Assembly (NCBI GenBank): GCA_046754465.1
Contig: JBHHVU010000020.1
Location: forward strand, 1-48,219
DNA length: 48,219 nucleotides
Source: Nitrospinaceae bacterium
GTDB taxonomy: Bacteria; Nitrospinota; Nitrospinia; Nitrospinales; VA-1
Reading direction: 5' to 3'
Shown: positions 9,238-19,594 of the stretch, piece after piece
Layout of the letters: every line of letters starts with the position of its first letter
Position numbering within the stretch: position 1 is the first letter of the stretch
Notes under the pieces: model-generated
Told to the model about the DNA's origin: nothing
Seen by the model: the letters and a program-made list of their open reading frames with translations, nothing else
The model's database searches: none
Program-made: the position numbers and the translations under genes

Positions 9238-10029
9238 TCAAGTCTTGAAAAAATAATTCAAGCCGATATTCACCAAAACCACGCCATCTAAAAGAGCAAT
9301 GATAATAGAGGTTCCGAGAAGCCCAAGAAGGGAAGGGGAAGTTTCTTTCCTTTTTTTCCATCCCAACCACCATCCGATGATGAGAAGGCTAAAAACCGCC
9401 CCGGTCAGGGCGGAGGCGGTGGTTACAAGAATGGCCCGGCTGATCACGATATCCGGGGCCATGTGACTCAAAAGGGAGACCGGCCAAATCAAGGAAGCCA
9501 GGCTCAGAAAATAAGCTGCGAACAGCGGCAGATGGTTTTTGTCCCCGAACCGGATCATGAATCGGACCCCCAGGATGAGCAGAATGGCGATGAGCCCGAA
9601 GAGAAAATAATCGTTCCGCCTTTGTTTGGCCTGCTCGGAGCGGATGTGGTTGAGGGCGCCCAGAACATAGCGCGAAACTTCCAGCTCATCCATTTCGTAG
9701 AATCCTCCCTGGTCCGTATCGTAAGCAAAGACTCGCGCGGTTGTGGATTCGGCGGGAAGGGCGATGGCCCGGTATTTGTCCTTGCCGGCGGATTCAATTT
9801 CCAGGTACACGATGCCGGTATGATATTTCAGGTTGTATTTATCAATTTCGGCCAGGTTGCGGGCGTATCTATTTTTTTCCTTGTGGTAGGCCTCCTGGAT
9901 ATTCATCAGGTCCTGTAACGCCTTCCGGGCTTGAAAATCGGCGCTGGTCTCGAATATCGGGGAACAGGCGCAAAGAAAAATCAGCAGGATCGATACCAAA
10001 CCAACCCTTGAAATGGTAAAATTCGTCAT
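9238..10029 (-). CDS. Putative lipoprotein with pilin-like domain and C-terminal TM helices
   Basis: Lipobox LCAC. ARKALQDLMNIQEAYHKEKNRYARNL resembles the type IV pilin alpha1-C region. Four hydrophobic helices at the C-terminus. Confidence 0.6.
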   Translation of the reverse strand: MTNFTISRVGLVSILLIFLCACSPIFETSADFQARKALQDLMNIQEAYHKEKNRYARNLAEIDKYNLKYHTGIVYLEIESAGKDKYRAIALPAESTTARVFAYDTDQGGFYEMDELEVSRYVLGALNHIRSEQAKQRRNDYFLFGLIAILLILGVRFMIRFGDKNHLPLFAAYFLSLASLIWPVSLLSHMAPDIVISRAILVTTASALTGAVFSLLIIGWWLGWKKRKETSPSLLGLLGTSIIIALLDGVVLVNIGLNYFFKT

Positions 10030-10173
10030 GAAATCGTAGGACTTTAATTGTTTGATTTGTAAGGGTTCAACTATATAACACAAGAAAACGGCAGGCGCAA
10101 GTGACCTCCGGGGCGCGTATTTGAATCGTCAGCGGGAAACGCGGGAAGCGGAAGATTACCTGAAAAGAATATC

Positions 10174-10743
10174 ATGAATTCACATTCGATCTGGAAACAA
10201 ATAAAATTTGTCACCGGCAACGCGAACAAGGTGCGCGAGGCCCGGGAAATCCTCGGCATGGAGGTGGAACAGGTGACCTTGGACGATTTGTACGAGATCC
10301 AAACCTGCGACCCCGTTGAGATCGTGCGCGGTAAGGTGCTTCAGGCCCACAAGATCCTCCAGTGCCCGGTCCTGGTCGAAGACTCGGCGCTGGTCTTTGC
10401 CGCCTGGAAGTCCTTGCCGGGAGCCCTTGTCAAGTGGTTCGAGGACAACGTCGGATGCGCCGGCATGTTGAAGATGCTCGAATCCTTCGAAAACCGCAGA
10501 GCCCTGGCCCTGTGTTGCGTCGCCCTTCATGATGGAAAGGAAATCCGCGTGGCCACGGGGGAAGTCCACGGCACGATCGCGGACCGCGTTCGGGGAAGCC
10601 ACGGTTTCGGCTGGGACGTGATTTTTATTCCTGAGGGCGGTTACCGGACCTATGCGGAAATGAATCCCGAGGAAAAAAATGCCGTTTCCCACAGACGGCG
10701 CGCGTTTGAATCCCTTAAGACGATGTTGAATCTCCCTCTTTAA
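10174..10743 (+). CDS. Non-canonical purine NTP pyrophosphatase (Ham1/ITPase family)
   Basis: FVTGNANKVRE, VLVEDS, LPG, GFGWD and KNAVSHR motifs. Confidence 0.93.
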   Translation: MNSHSIWKQIKFVTGNANKVREAREILGMEVEQVTLDDLYEIQTCDPVEIVRGKVLQAHKILQCPVLVEDSALVFAAWKSLPGALVKWFEDNVGCAGMLKMLESFENRRALALCCVALHDGKEIRVATGEVHGTIADRVRGSHGFGWDVIFIPEGGYRTYAEMNPEEKNAVSHRRRAFESLKTMLNLPL

Positions 10744-10752
10744 CTTATTTCA

Positions 10753-11145
10753 TCAGTCCGCCAGTTCCTCAAGATTTTCATGCAGAGATTTCATCCACAG
10801 GCAATAATCATTCAACTTGGAATAAACCGCATCGGCGCTGGGTCCTTGCAGTTTATGGGATATCCGTTGATAAGATTCGACCATTTCCTTCCACTCGGCG
10901 GCGGGGTCCAGCCAGTGATTTTCGGCGGCCAGTTCAAAATATTCATGGGGGGACCCACGGGTCTGGCTCCGTTCGGCGGCAAAGGTGTGCAGGCACTTCA
11001 GGGCCAGGCCGCAGGTGAATCCGAATCGTTGCAGGGAGGCGTCCCGGTAATAATCGGTTTTTTCATTTTTCAGAATTTCCTCCAACCGATGGATAGACCA
11101 GTCGAAGTGCGTCAACAATATCCGTGGAGTGGGCTGTGAAGGCAT
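10753..11145 (-). CDS. HI0074-family nucleotidyltransferase substrate-binding (HEPN-like) protein, degenerate
   Basis: RDASLQRFGFTCGLALK (cf. RDxxIQRFEFTxELAWK), GSP, and WKEMVESYQRISH (cf. WxxMxxDRNxTSH). Confidence 0.75.
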   Translation of the reverse strand: MPSQPTPRILLTHFDWSIHRLEEILKNEKTDYYRDASLQRFGFTCGLALKCLHTFAAERSQTRGSPHEYFELAAENHWLDPAAEWKEMVESYQRISHKLQGPSADAVYSKLNDYCLWMKSLHENLEELAD

Positions 11146-11376
11146 GTTTCCAACCGAACCGTATGGATCAAAGGAATTAAATTTCCATTTTATCACAGCC
11201 GCCCGCATTGGGATTCCCTGGAATGCGCGGGGAAGGCTAAAAAAGTTCTCGGGGGATTCGAGTTCTAACGCCACCCCCTTAGAGGAAGAACCTTTGAAAA
11301 TGGAATCTAAAGATGATAATTTAACCCCTTTGATCCGCTATTATTTTCCAACTTTTCCTGATTTTCGAGGGATTCA

Positions 11377-11835
11377 TTGAGTCCAGGCAGCAACATTCGT
11401 TTTGTCGACAATGGGGATGGAACCGTGACCGATTTACAAAACGGGTTGATGTGGACTCAAACCGACACCATGAATGATATGGAAAAATGGGTGAACTACC
11501 AGGATAGTTCGGATTATGTGAGGGATTTGAATTTGAAAAAATTCGCCGGGTACGACGATTGGCGTCTGCCAACCAGGGACGAGTTATCCACCATCTACGA
11601 CCCTTCCTTTTCGATCAAGGATAAATTTGGCAAGGATATTCACATCAGCGGCTGTTTTGCCCCCGGGGGGGGATTTTCCATGGTCGCCGAACTGGTGAGC
11701 GGGCGCCCCAGGACCTGGGTTTTCAACATTCGTGAGGGGGAGTATTCCCAGCCCGATGGATTGTGGACCCTCGCCGAAGCCGCCCGGGCCGTGCGCACTA
11801 TCACGCCCGGCGACCTAAAATCCAAAGGTCAATAA
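11377..11835 (+). CDS. DUF1566/Lcl-domain protein
   Basis: RFVDNGDGTVTDLQNGLMW, FAGYDDWRLPTRDEL and terminal ARAVR motifs. Confidence 0.88.
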   Translation: MSPGSNIRFVDNGDGTVTDLQNGLMWTQTDTMNDMEKWVNYQDSSDYVRDLNLKKFAGYDDWRLPTRDELSTIYDPSFSIKDKFGKDIHISGCFAPGGGFSMVAELVSGRPRTWVFNIREGEYSQPDGLWTLAEAARAVRTITPGDLKSKGQ

Positions 11836-11851
11836 CTGAAGGGGTATTCCC

Positions 11852-13831
11852 ATGAGCGAAATTTATCCACCGCCGAAAACGGTGGTCGAAACAGCTTATA
11901 TCAACAGCATGGATCAGTACTGGGAAATGTACGAACGCTCCCTCGCCGACCCGGATAGCTTCTGGGCCGGGGAAGCGGATAAGTTCGTATGGTTCGAGAA
12001 GTGGAACAAGGTTCGTGATTACAATTTCAACCTTAAGGCGGGGGGAATAAAATTAGAATGGTTCCAGGGAGGTAAAACCAATATCACCACCAATTGCCTG
12101 GACCGCCATCTCGATTCCCGGGGGAACCAGGCCGCCATCCTCTGGGAAGGAAACGAGCCGGGAGAGAACCGCACCCTTACCTACCGTGAACTCCATGAGC
12201 AAGTCTGCAAATTCGCCAATGTGCTCAAAAAACACGGCATCCAAAAGGGCGACCGGGTGACTCTTTACATGCCCATGGTGGTGGAACTTGCGGTCGCCAT
12301 GCTGGCTTGCGCCCGGATCGGCGCCATTCATTCCATCGTTTTCGGCGGATTCTCCGCCTCATCCCTGGCGGAAAGGATCCATGATTCCTCTTCCAACTGC
12401 CTGATCACCACCGACGGGGGCTTTCGAGGAGCCAAACCGGTTCCCCTCAAGTCTAATGCCGATGAGGCCATCGAAAAGGCCCGCAAACAGGGGAAAAATA
12501 TCCGGACCTGTATCGTGGTCAAGCGCGTGGGGGAGAAAATTTCCACCGAAATGACTCCCGGCCGGGATTTTTGGTGGCACGAGGAGATGGAGAATGCCTC
12601 GCCTGAATGCGAGGCCGAGTCCATGGACGCCGAAGATCCGTTATTTCTGCTTTACACCTCCGGTTCCACCGGCAAACCCAAAGGGGTTCAGCACAACGTG
12701 GGCGGCTACATGGTGTACACCGCGATCACCCACAAATATATCTTCGATTATCACGACGGGGATATCTGGTGGTGCACCGCCGACATCGGCTGGGTGACGG
12801 GTCATTCGTATATCGTTTACGGACCGCTGGCCAATGGCGCCACCACCCTCATGTTCGAGGGGATTCCGACATACCCGGAAGCGGGCCGATTCTGGGAGGT
12901 GGTGGACAAACACCGGGTGACCCAGTTTTATACAGCTCCCACGGCCATCCGGGCGCTCATGGCGCACGGGGACGAAATTCCGGACCGCTATGATCTGTCG
13001 TCTCTAAAGGTTCTGGGCTCCGTGGGGGAACCGATCAACCCCGAGGCCTGGCGTTGGTACCACAAGCATATCGGACGAGAACGGTGCCCCATCGTGGACA
13101 CTTGGTGGCAGACGGAAACCGGCGGCATTTTGATCACCCCACTTCCCGGCTGCACCCCCACCAAGCCCGGGTCCGCGTCCTTCCCGTTTTTCGGGATCCG
13201 GCCGGTGGTGATAGAGGCTGAAACGGGAAAGGTTTGCGATGGCAATGGGGTATCCGGGGTCCTTGCGATTGCCGAACCCTGGCCGGGACAGGCGCGGACG
13301 ATTTTTGGGGATCACGATCGCTTTGAAGAGACCTACTTCAAACTTTACCCTGGGTATTACTTTACCGGGGACGGTTGCAGCCGGGATGAAGACGGATACT
13401 ATTGGATTACCGGGCGGGTGGACGATGTCATCAATGTTTCCGGCCACCGCATCGGCACCGCCGAGGTGGAGTCGGCCCTGGTTCTGCACGCCGCGGTCTC
13501 CGAGGCCGCCGTGGTCGGTTATCCGCACCCCATCAAGGGTCAAGGAATCTACGCGTATGTCTCGTTGATGGATGGAAGGGAATACAACGACGGCCTGGGC
13601 CAGGAACTCAAGAAATTCGTGCGTGGGGAAATCGGCCCTATCGCCACCCCCGATGTCATTCAATGGGCGCCCGCGCTGCCCAAGACCCGGTCCGGCAAGA
13701 TCATGCGCCGCATCCTACGGAAGATCGCCGCCAATGAAGCAGACCAATTGGGCGATATTTCCACGCTCGCGGATCCATCGGTGGTGGAACAATTGAAGGT
13801 GTCTTACAGAAAATTAGCCAACATGGGCTAG
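11852..13831 (+). CDS. acs: Acetyl-CoA synthetase
   Basis: [34 protein letters not shown] and [12 protein letters not shown] motifs. Confidence 0.98.
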   Translation: MSEIYPPPKTVVETAYINSMDQYWEMYERSLADPDSFWAGEADKFVWFEKWNKVRDYNFNLKAGGIKLEWFQGGKTNITTNCLDRHLDSRGNQAAILWEGNEPGENRTLTYRELHEQVCKFANVLKKHGIQKGDRVTLYMPMVVELAVAMLACARIGAIHSIVFGGFSASSLAERIHDSSSNCLITTDGGFRGAKPVPLKSNADEAIEKARKQGKNIRTCIVVKRVGEKISTEMTPGRDFWWHEEMENASPECEAESMDAEDPLFLLYTSGSTGKPKGVQHNVGGYMVYTAITHKYIFDYHDGDIWWCTADIGWVTGHSYIVYGPLANGATTLMFEGIPTYPEAGRFWEVVDKHRVTQFYTAPTAIRALMAHGDEIPDRYDLSSLKVLGSVGEPINPEAWRWYHKHIGRERCPIVDTWWQTETGGILITPLPGCTPTKPGSASFPFFGIRPVVIEAETGKVCDGNGVSGVLAIAEPWPGQARTIFGDHDRFEETYFKLYPGYYFTGDGCSRDEDGYYWITGRVDDVINVSGHRIGTAEVESALVLHAAVSEAAVVGYPHPIKGQGIYAYVSLMDGREYNDGLGQELKKFVRGEIGPIATPDVIQWAPALPKTRSGKIMRRILRKIAANEADQLGDISTLADPSVVEQLKVSYRKLANMG

Positions 13832-13889
13832 ATTGAAGGGACTCGGGAAGGTAAACGAGGGCAGGGGAGAACAGCTCGGGGCAAAGGGA

Positions 13890-13926
13890 TCATGGAGTCG
13901 AACCAGGGTTCAACTCCATGACTTTT
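13890..13926 (+). terminator. Strong hairpin between convergent acs and TPR genes (probable terminator)
   Basis: tcatggagtcgaacc-ag-ggttcaactccatga (15-bp arms, 1 mismatch) followed by cttt t-run. Confidence 0.5.
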
Positions 13927-14082
13927 CACCACATTGTGAAAAAAGAAAGGTGCCCCTCCCTCCCCACAAATGCTTGAGCGCAAATACCGATAATAGTCTA
14001 AAGGAGTAAAATTAAATTTTACCAATTTCCCTCGATTTGTCAACCCATTCTTTTGATTTCATTAAAAATATCCGATTTTTGG

Positions 14083-16518
14083 CTAATTCGGACCAACCGT
14101 CTCCGGGCCCGGGGTTTTTGCCAGTTTGGGAATGGGGGGCGTGTTGATCGTAGGCAGACTTTGCAGGGCGATTTGTTGCTTGAGCTGGGCTAACCCCTTA
14201 TTAGATAGAATGTTAAGGGGCTCCAGCTTGAGGGCGGTGGTGAAGGCCACCCGGGACTCCGCAAGCCGGTTCAATTTCAGATGGGTCCACCCAAGGCCGT
14301 CGTAGGCATCGATCCGGTCTGGGTGGAGCGCCAGTTCCTGTAGAAACCAGGTCACTGCTTCCCGGTAATGGCCCAGCCGATAGAAAGCCCGGCCCAATTT
14401 GGTCCGCGCGGTGGTCGGTATTTTGATCATGCCGTCCCGGGAAGCGTCGGGCATCGCCTCCACCACCGGTTCGGGATCGGGATTGATGCTCAAGGCCTGT
14501 TTTAAATACCCGGCCGCTTCAACGTAGCGCTCCTTCCGGAACAGGATGTAACCGATTCCCTTGCGGGCTTCCGATTTGTCAGGCTGCTCCTTCAGCGAGA
14601 GTTCAAACATCTCCAGGGATTTTTCCAAATCGTCGCGGCGGTAAAAGGCCCAGCCCATGCGGTTGAACACCTGCCATCCGAACCGTTCGCTCTTGAGCAT
14701 TTTTATAAATGGGTCCGAAAGGGCTAAATTTGGATCGAGGGAGATCGATTTCAGAAAAAATTCAACCGCCAGGTCCGGGTCTCCGGAACGGTAATGGATC
14801 CATCCCAAGCCCATGTAAGGCGAAGCTCGTAAGGGATGGTTTTTCAGTTCCCGTTGAAAATATTCCCGCGCAGGTTTTTGTTTCCAACCTCGCAGCACGC
14901 TCTCATCCAGTTTGTAGCCGATTTCCCTGTCGCCGGGCCGGGCGGTAAAAACCATTTGCAGATACTTCGCGGCCTGGTTGTAATCCTTCAGCGCATAATA
15001 GGAATGGCCCATGCCCCGGGCGGCCTCGATTCTAAAGTCGGGATGCACCATGGCCCGCTGGAATTTTTCGATCGCCAGGCGATAGTGGCCTTTTTGAAAC
15101 TGGCTCCAGCCCAGTCCGTTGTAGGCATGCGCCTGGGTTCGCCCCAGGGGCTGGGGCGGGGGATGGTCTTCCAAATATTCAAAGTAAATTCGGGCCGCCT
15201 TTTTGAAGTCTCCCTTTTGGAGCGCCTGACCGGCCTCGTAAAGGCTGGGATGAAGGAATTTCTGCACCTCTTCCAGTCCCTGCCGGACCCCTGGATGGTT
15301 GGGGTCCAGTTCCCGCGCCTTCTGATAATAGTGGCTCGCCGCGTCGTAGTTCTTTTTTCTAAGCTGAATAGCCCCCAACTGTATTCGCGGATACGGCCAA
15401 CCGGGAAACTCATCGGCTAGGGCTTTGAATTTGTCTTCGGCGATTCTCAATTTTCCCAGGCCGAAATAATATTGGGCGAAGGATGCCTTTCGTTGTTTTA
15501 AGCCGTGGACTTTTGCGAGTCCTTTGACCGCCCCGGTGAATTTAGGGTGGGTGTTCAATAGAGTTTTGAATATACGTTCCGCGATTTTTATCTTTTTGGT
15601 TTTGAGATAACTCCAGGCCAGGCCATTCATCCTGTCCAGTGAGTGCGCGGGTGACGGGGGAAGGGCCAGAAAAGCCTGTAGCGCCTTTGCGTAAGATCCC
15701 TTGCGGTATAGAGCCCATGCCCGGTTCACGGCAGGATCGTTTTTGGTGATGAGGCCCCACAGGGTGCTCCGGTATCGGGGATGTTCTACCGGAAGCGTGA
15801 ACAACGAGAGGGAATCCGGCGCGGAGGGAACGATATCGATCAATCCCCACTGGTTATCGGACTGCCAGCGGTCCCAGACAGCCAATAATTGCTCCAACTC
15901 GCTCTTGGAATAAATTTTCAGAAATTCCTCTTTGGCCTTATCCAGCCGTTTTTGTTTCAGGTAGGTGAAGCCTTTTCCCTTATGGGCCTCGTAAACGGCA
16001 ACCGCCCATCGTTCCGCCCGGGTAAAGGTATCCAGCGACTGCTGGTATTTGGTCATGATAAAATAGCACCAGCCCATGCCAATGAGGGCGGCGGGATCTT
16101 TCCTGTCGAAGGCGTGGTTATGCTCGAACGCCCGCAGAGCCTTGGTGTACCGTTTTTGATAAAAATAGGCCCACGGAAGTAAACCAAGGGCTTCGGAATT
16201 TTCGGGATTCCCAATCAGTGTTTTCTTGAGGTAAAATTCAGCGATCTCAAACTCCCCCTGGTTGAATTGGTTCTTCGCAAAATCCAGGTCGGGATCGATG
16301 GGAGCCCGGCGGGTGTTTTCGGTTTTTGGGGAAAATAGGGACTTCAACCGGTTGAGTTCTGAAGACCGGGTGCCGGATGGCTCCGGCTCCGGGGTGAACG
16401 TTTTACCGAGTTTAGCGAAAGGAAGGTTGAGGGTGCTGCAGCCGGTCCATAAGCCGCCCAGGGGCAAAACCAGCATCAACATAGCCCAAACCCGAAATTT
16501 CTGATAAAATATCATCAT
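14083..16518 (-). CDS. Large TPR-repeat lipoprotein
   Basis: Lipobox LWTGC. Many TPR units with a recurring AxxGLGW signature. Start uncertain. Confidence 0.85.
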   Translation of the reverse strand: MMIFYQKFRVWAMLMLVLPLGGLWTGCSTLNLPFAKLGKTFTPEPEPSGTRSSELNRLKSLFSPKTENTRRAPIDPDLDFAKNQFNQGEFEIAEFYLKKTLIGNPENSEALGLLPWAYFYQKRYTKALRAFEHNHAFDRKDPAALIGMGWCYFIMTKYQQSLDTFTRAERWAVAVYEAHKGKGFTYLKQKRLDKAKEEFLKIYSKSELEQLLAVWDRWQSDNQWGLIDIVPSAPDSLSLFTLPVEHPRYRSTLWGLITKNDPAVNRAWALYRKGSYAKALQAFLALPPSPAHSLDRMNGLAWSYLKTKKIKIAERIFKTLLNTHPKFTGAVKGLAKVHGLKQRKASFAQYYFGLGKLRIAEDKFKALADEFPGWPYPRIQLGAIQLRKKNYDAASHYYQKARELDPNHPGVRQGLEEVQKFLHPSLYEAGQALQKGDFKKAARIYFEYLEDHPPPQPLGRTQAHAYNGLGWSQFQKGHYRLAIEKFQRAMVHPDFRIEAARGMGHSYYALKDYNQAAKYLQMVFTARPGDREIGYKLDESVLRGWKQKPAREYFQRELKNHPLRASPYMGLGWIHYRSGDPDLAVEFFLKSISLDPNLALSDPFIKMLKSERFGWQVFNRMGWAFYRRDDLEKSLEMFELSLKEQPDKSEARKGIGYILFRKERYVEAAGYLKQALSINPDPEPVVEAMPDASRDGMIKIPTTARTKLGRAFYRLGHYREAVTWFLQELALHPDRIDAYDGLGWTHLKLNRLAESRVAFTTALKLEPLNILSNKGLAQLKQQIALQSLPTINTPPIPKLAKTPGPETVGPN

Positions 16519-16746
16519 TGCCGCCAATAGGTTACACAACAAACCCTTATCGTAGTTATCGGCAGAAACCCGTTATTTTTGAGAAAAAATTGCGTTTTGC
16601 ATCCATAAACCGCGCGCAGGTGTGAAGTATTATGGATGAAAACACATGGGGAAGGGTTCTCGGGCGGGAAAAGTCCGCCTAAATTTTTATTGTAATTCAA
16701 CAACAACGTGGTAAGATTTCCAATTTCCGTAAATCCGAATAAATCA

Positions 16747-17664
16747 ATGCCTTCTATGCCTTTTATCCTGAATTTGTTACTAAGCGCGTTCCTGGTTTTT
16801 TCATCGGGTTGTTCCCAAAGCCAGAGTCCTGGTGAAGGGGAGCAAAAAACACCCGCTCTTTCCAAAAACCAAGAATCACCCGGCGGTGCTCCACGGCCCA
16901 AAGTGGTCCCGGTGAAGTTGTCTCCCGAGGAGCGGAAAAAGGCCCAATTGGCCCCGGAAGGGATGGTGTTCATTAAAGGCGGCTGTTACATGATGGGCAA
17001 TGATTATGCCCAGGAAGACGAACGGCCCGAGCACGAGGTTTGTGTGGACGATTTCTTCATGGACCGGTACGAGGTCACGCAGGCGCGATGGAACAAGATC
17101 ATGGATTTTAATCCCTCCAGGTTCATCGGTGATGATCTTCCGGTCGAACAGGTCAATTATTACGATGTGAAGGAATTCGCGGAAAAATCCAGGGGAAGCT
17201 GCCGGCTTCCGACGGAAGCGGAATGGGAATACGCGGTCAGGGGAGGGGTGGACACCCGTTATTTTTGGGGCAATATGATGGACGAGGCCTACGCCTGGTA
17301 TGAGGATGATTCCGATGGCAAAACCCACCCCGTTGGCAAAAAGCTTCCCAACCAATATGGTCTTCATGACATGACGGGAAACGTTTGGGAATGGACGGAC
17401 GATTGGTACGAACCCTATTACCAAATTCGGGAGAAACGCAATCCCAAGGGTCCCCAGACGGGGGAATTCAAGGTCATCCGTGGGGGCGCTTTCGACTCCT
17501 CAGCGGGGGCTTTGCGGTCCACCAACCGCATCTGGCTGCATCCCAAAAACCGGGTCTTTCCAAAAGTCACTTCCTATGGTCAGACCATCAACGAGATTTT
17601 CAACTATATCGGGTTCCGTTGCGTCTTGTCTTTATCGGACTTGAAACCAAAACAGGCAGGTTGA
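16747..17664 (+). CDS. Formylglycine-generating-enzyme-like (SUMF1/FGE-sulfatase domain) lipoprotein
   Basis: Lipobox SSGC. RLPTEAEWEYA, GLHDMTGNVWEW, RGG and IGFRC motifs. FGE catalytic cysteines are absent. Confidence 0.9.
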   Translation: MPSMPFILNLLLSAFLVFSSGCSQSQSPGEGEQKTPALSKNQESPGGAPRPKVVPVKLSPEERKKAQLAPEGMVFIKGGCYMMGNDYAQEDERPEHEVCVDDFFMDRYEVTQARWNKIMDFNPSRFIGDDLPVEQVNYYDVKEFAEKSRGSCRLPTEAEWEYAVRGGVDTRYFWGNMMDEAYAWYEDDSDGKTHPVGKKLPNQYGLHDMTGNVWEWTDDWYEPYYQIREKRNPKGPQTGEFKVIRGGAFDSSAGALRSTNRIWLHPKNRVFPKVTSYGQTINEIFNYIGFRCVLSLSDLKPKQAG

Positions 17665-17772
17665 TATTTTTCCGCAGAGCGGGGTTGACGCGGTAGGGGA
17701 TAACTGGGTTTCAAGGCGTTTGGGCAAAGGGTAACGGGAAGGCCTCGGTTCGGAATCGGATCCGGATTTTCC

Positions 17773-18201
17773 TCACCGGCATTCGTTGCAGATTCCGAAC
17801 ATGTCCAGTTTGTGGGAGGTGATGGTGAAGCCATTGCGCGCAGCCACTTCTTCCTGAAACTTCTCGATGAGTGGATGATTGAATTCAATGATTTTTCCGC
17901 ATTCCGTGCAGATCATGTGATCGTGGTGGCTGTGCATGTATTTGTGTTCGTACCGTTTCTGGCCGTCCCCGAAATCCAGTTCCGAAGCCAGCCCGCTCTG
18001 AGTGAGCAGGGCCAGGGTGCGATAGACCGTGGCCAGCCCCACCTTGGGCTCCGTATGGGTGACCAGCTTGTAAAGTTCCTCGGCGCTGACGTGCTCCTCG
18101 CATTCCAAAAAAGCTTTGAGAACCGCACGCCGCTGACGCGTAATCTTTAAATTGTTCTGCGTGATATAGTCTTCGAGAACTTCCAACTCTTTGCTGGGCA
18201 T
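17773..18201 (-). CDS. fur: Ferric uptake regulator family protein
   Basis: TRQR, HVSAEELY, GLATVYRTL, HHDHMICTECG and terminal CNEC. Confidence 0.95.
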   Translation of the reverse strand: MPSKELEVLEDYITQNNLKITRQRRAVLKAFLECEEHVSAEELYKLVTHTEPKVGLATVYRTLALLTQSGLASELDFGDGQKRYEHKYMHSHHDHMICTECGKIIEFNHPLIEKFQEEVAARNGFTITSHKLDMFGICNECR

Positions 18202-18243
18202 GGTTCATTCCTGAAGCGATGATGGCATCTCTTTCCGCTTTTC

Positions 18244-18272
18244 AATCTAGCATGAGTGGGATTTCCGGTCAA
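18244..18272 (-). promoter_or_regulatory. Putative sigma70 promoter of fur
   Basis: TTGACC-N17-TAGATT with an extended TGn, about 43 bp upstream of the fur ATG. Confidence 0.55.
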
Positions 18273-18316
18273 CGATTCCATGCCCGCAGGCATGGTTCGG
18301 CGGACCGCGTTTTCCA

Positions 18317-19594
18317 TCATGCAGAGATTTTCTTCTTCTTGATCCGATTCTGGATGTCCTCCTCGAACGAATCCACGGAAATTTCTTGCTGATCCCCGGA
18401 TTCCAAATCCTTTAATAGATATTTGCCGGAGCGGATTTCGTTCTCCCCGAGGATCAGTGCGAACCGGGAGGCGGACTTGTTGGCTTTTCGCAATTGGCTT
18501 TTGATGCTTCCTCCGTCGTAATCCAGGGTCACGTGCAGTCCCCGGGTGCGTAACTGGTGGATGATCTGGAAACTACGGTTTCGGGCCTCATCTCCCAGGC
18601 TGACCACGAAAAGGTCGGGCGAAAAATGGATTTCCTGGACCTTTTCGGCAGGCAGGAGGGATATGAGCCGCTCCATGCCCAAGGCGAAACCGAAACAGGG
18701 AGTCGGAGGGCCCTCGAACTCCTCGACCAAGGAATCATAGCGGCCCCCGCCGCAAATGGCGTTTTGTGCTCCCAATCCCTTTGAAATGACCTCAAACGTG
18801 GTCCGCGTGTAATAGTCCAGACCCCGTACCAGTTGCGGATTGATGGAGTAGGGCGTCTGGGCCGCGTCGAGCATGGATCGAACCCCGGCCAGCTTGTCTT
18901 CACAGACGGCACAAAGGTGGTCCTTGGTTTTTGGCAGGCCGCGCGCGATTTCGCTGCAGCGGTCTACCTTGCAATCCAGCACCCGCAGGGGATTTCTTTC
19001 GTAACGCTGGTTGCAGTTCGCGCACAAAACATCCAAATGTTCCCGGATCACCTTTTTGAGGATTTCCCGGTAGGGGGGGCGGCAATCCCGGCATCCCAGG
19101 CTGTTGATCTGAAGTTCCAGTCCTTCGAGGCCCAGAAGGTGAAAAAATTCCATGAGCATGGACATCACCTCGAAATCGATCACGGGATGGCCGGATCCCA
19201 TGGCTTCCACCCCAATCTGGTAGAACTGACGGAACCGGCCCGCCTGCGGACGCTCGTAACGGAACATGGGGCCGATGTAATACAGCTTGACCACGGAGGG
19301 AGGATTATACATTTTGTGCTCGATGTACGAGCGCACCACTGAGGCGGTGCCCTCCGGACGCAGGGTTATCTGTTCGCCTCCCCGGTCCGTGAAGGTATAC
19401 ATCTCCTTTTCCACGATATCCGTGGTTTCCCCGATACTGCGGGAAAAGAGCCCGGTCTTTTCAAAAATCGGAATCCGGATTTCTTTAAATCCGTACCTTG
19501 AAAATACCTCGTGGGCGGTTTTTTCCACCCACTGCCATTTATCGATTTCATCGGGAAGGATGTCTTTAACGCCGCGAATGCTTTGAATTTTCAT
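18317..19594 (-). CDS. hisS: Histidyl-tRNA synthetase
   Basis: LRPEGTA, FRYERPQAGRFRQFYQ, LVRGLDYYT and GGGRYD motifs. Confidence 0.98.
   Translation of the reverse strand: MKIQSIRGVKDILPDEIDKWQWVEKTAHEVFSRYGFKEIRIPIFEKTGLFSRSIGETTDIVEKEMYTFTDRGGEQITLRPEGTASVVRSYIEHKMYNPPSVVKLYYIGPMFRYERPQAGRFRQFYQIGVEAMGSGHPVIDFEVMSMLMEFFHLLGLEGLELQINSLGCRDCRPPYREILKKVIREHLDVLCANCNQRYERNPLRVLDCKVDRCSEIARGLPKTKDHLCAVCEDKLAGVRSMLDAAQTPYSINPQLVRGLDYYTRTTFEVISKGLGAQNAICGGGRYDSLVEEFEGPPTPCFGFALGMERLISLLPAEKVQEIHFSPDLFVVSLGDEARNRSFQIIHQLRTRGLHVTLDYDGGSIKSQLRKANKSASRFALILGENEIRSGKYLLKDLESGDQQEISVDSFEEDIQNRIKKKKISA

Noticed and set aside
13880..13965. tRNA-like GGTTCGACTCC T-loop on the minus strand
   Set aside because: No D-arm or anticodon arm, wrong spacing and no CCA. 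The motif is part of a simple hairpin.
11377..17664. DUF1566 and FGE domains as diversity-generating retroelement targets
   Set aside because: No reverse transcriptase and no visible template/variable repeat pair in the window.
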